Content: more notes on this DNA, generated by a model
Seen by the model: only the letters and a program-made list of their open reading frames with translations
What the model was told of the DNA's origin: nothing
Database searches by the model: none
The DNA's letters: not shown here
Position numbering within the stretch: position 1 is the stretch's first letter
Origin: an uncultured bacterium
GTDB taxonomy: Bacteria > Omnitrophota > Gorgyraeia > Duberdicusellales > CBEUCJ01
Length of the DNA stretch: 64,000 nt
Assembly: GCA_965541615.1 (NCBI GenBank)
Contig: CBEUCJ010000005.1
Location: forward strand, 110,251-174,250
Reading direction: 5' to 3'

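Noticed and set aside
23728-63867. Possibility that the giant ORF is an artefact of stop-codon reassignment or mis-set frame, so really many separate genes
   Set aside because: The frame is open under the standard code for more than 40 kb. Module junctions are sense Ser codons of varied spelling, not stop/RBS/start triplets. Other frames carry dense stops. Assembly chimerism cannot be excluded from the sequence alone and is flagged under findings.
1-64000. Archaeal origin of the fragment (AglB-type OST, HPS-PHI fusion, TreT, CheC/CheD chemotaxis)
   Set aside because: Strong SD sequences, sigma-70 -35/-10 promoters, sigma-70-like protein modules, a lipobox lipoprotein and an outer-membrane-type beta-barrel gene point to a diderm bacterium. 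The archaeal-like genes are better explained as thermophile-associated or horizontally shared families.

Overview
Very AT-rich window from what looks like a diderm bacterium. The bacterial call rests on Shine-Dalgarno sites, sigma-70-type promoters, an outer-membrane beta-barrel gene and a lipobox lipoprotein, despite several archaeal-flavoured genes (AglB/STT3-like oligosaccharyltransferase, HPS-PHI, TreT, CheC/CheD). Almost everything is on the minus strand. Low to high coordinates: a 3'-truncated ThiI-like PP-loop ATPase gene; a glycosylation locus of two GT2 glycosyltransferases and a WWDYG-motif STT3/AglB/PglB-type oligosaccharyltransferase; and a long chemotaxis operon (cheW-GNAT-cheC-cheA-comFB-like-cheR-cheY-cheD-cheB-cheC-pilZ, plus a convergent cheC on the plus strand). 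Upstream sit two MCP genes flanking a secreted quadruple-rhodanese gene, then a lipoprotein/porin-like/lipoprotein trio, a radical-SAM gene and a TPR gene. The outstanding feature is one uninterrupted minus-strand reading frame from 23728 to the window edge, at least 13,379 codons (over 40 kb). The TTG at 63865-63867 is only the first in-window start; the frame stays open to base 64000, so the 5' end lies outside the window. This giant ORF strings together about 30 enzyme-sized modules that are normally stand-alone proteins: HPS, tandem SIS/PHI, two TreT trehalose synthases, an S1 trypsin-like protease, TPR, at least six class-I methyltransferases, GGDEF, GNAT, a CPBP membrane protease, M48 and M50-like metalloproteases, three LOG-family domains, three nucleotidyltransferases, several kinase-like folds and two sigma-70-like modules. 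Nearly every junction is a Ser3-6 linker. It also carries a 3735-nt-spaced internal segmental duplication with a 914-nt perfectly identical core. A sigma-70-like promoter plus the first ~40 codons of the lipoprotein gene at 21544-21954 is duplicated as a decayed remnant directly upstream of cheW. No CRISPR, rRNA, tRNA or transposase/integrase genes were recognised.
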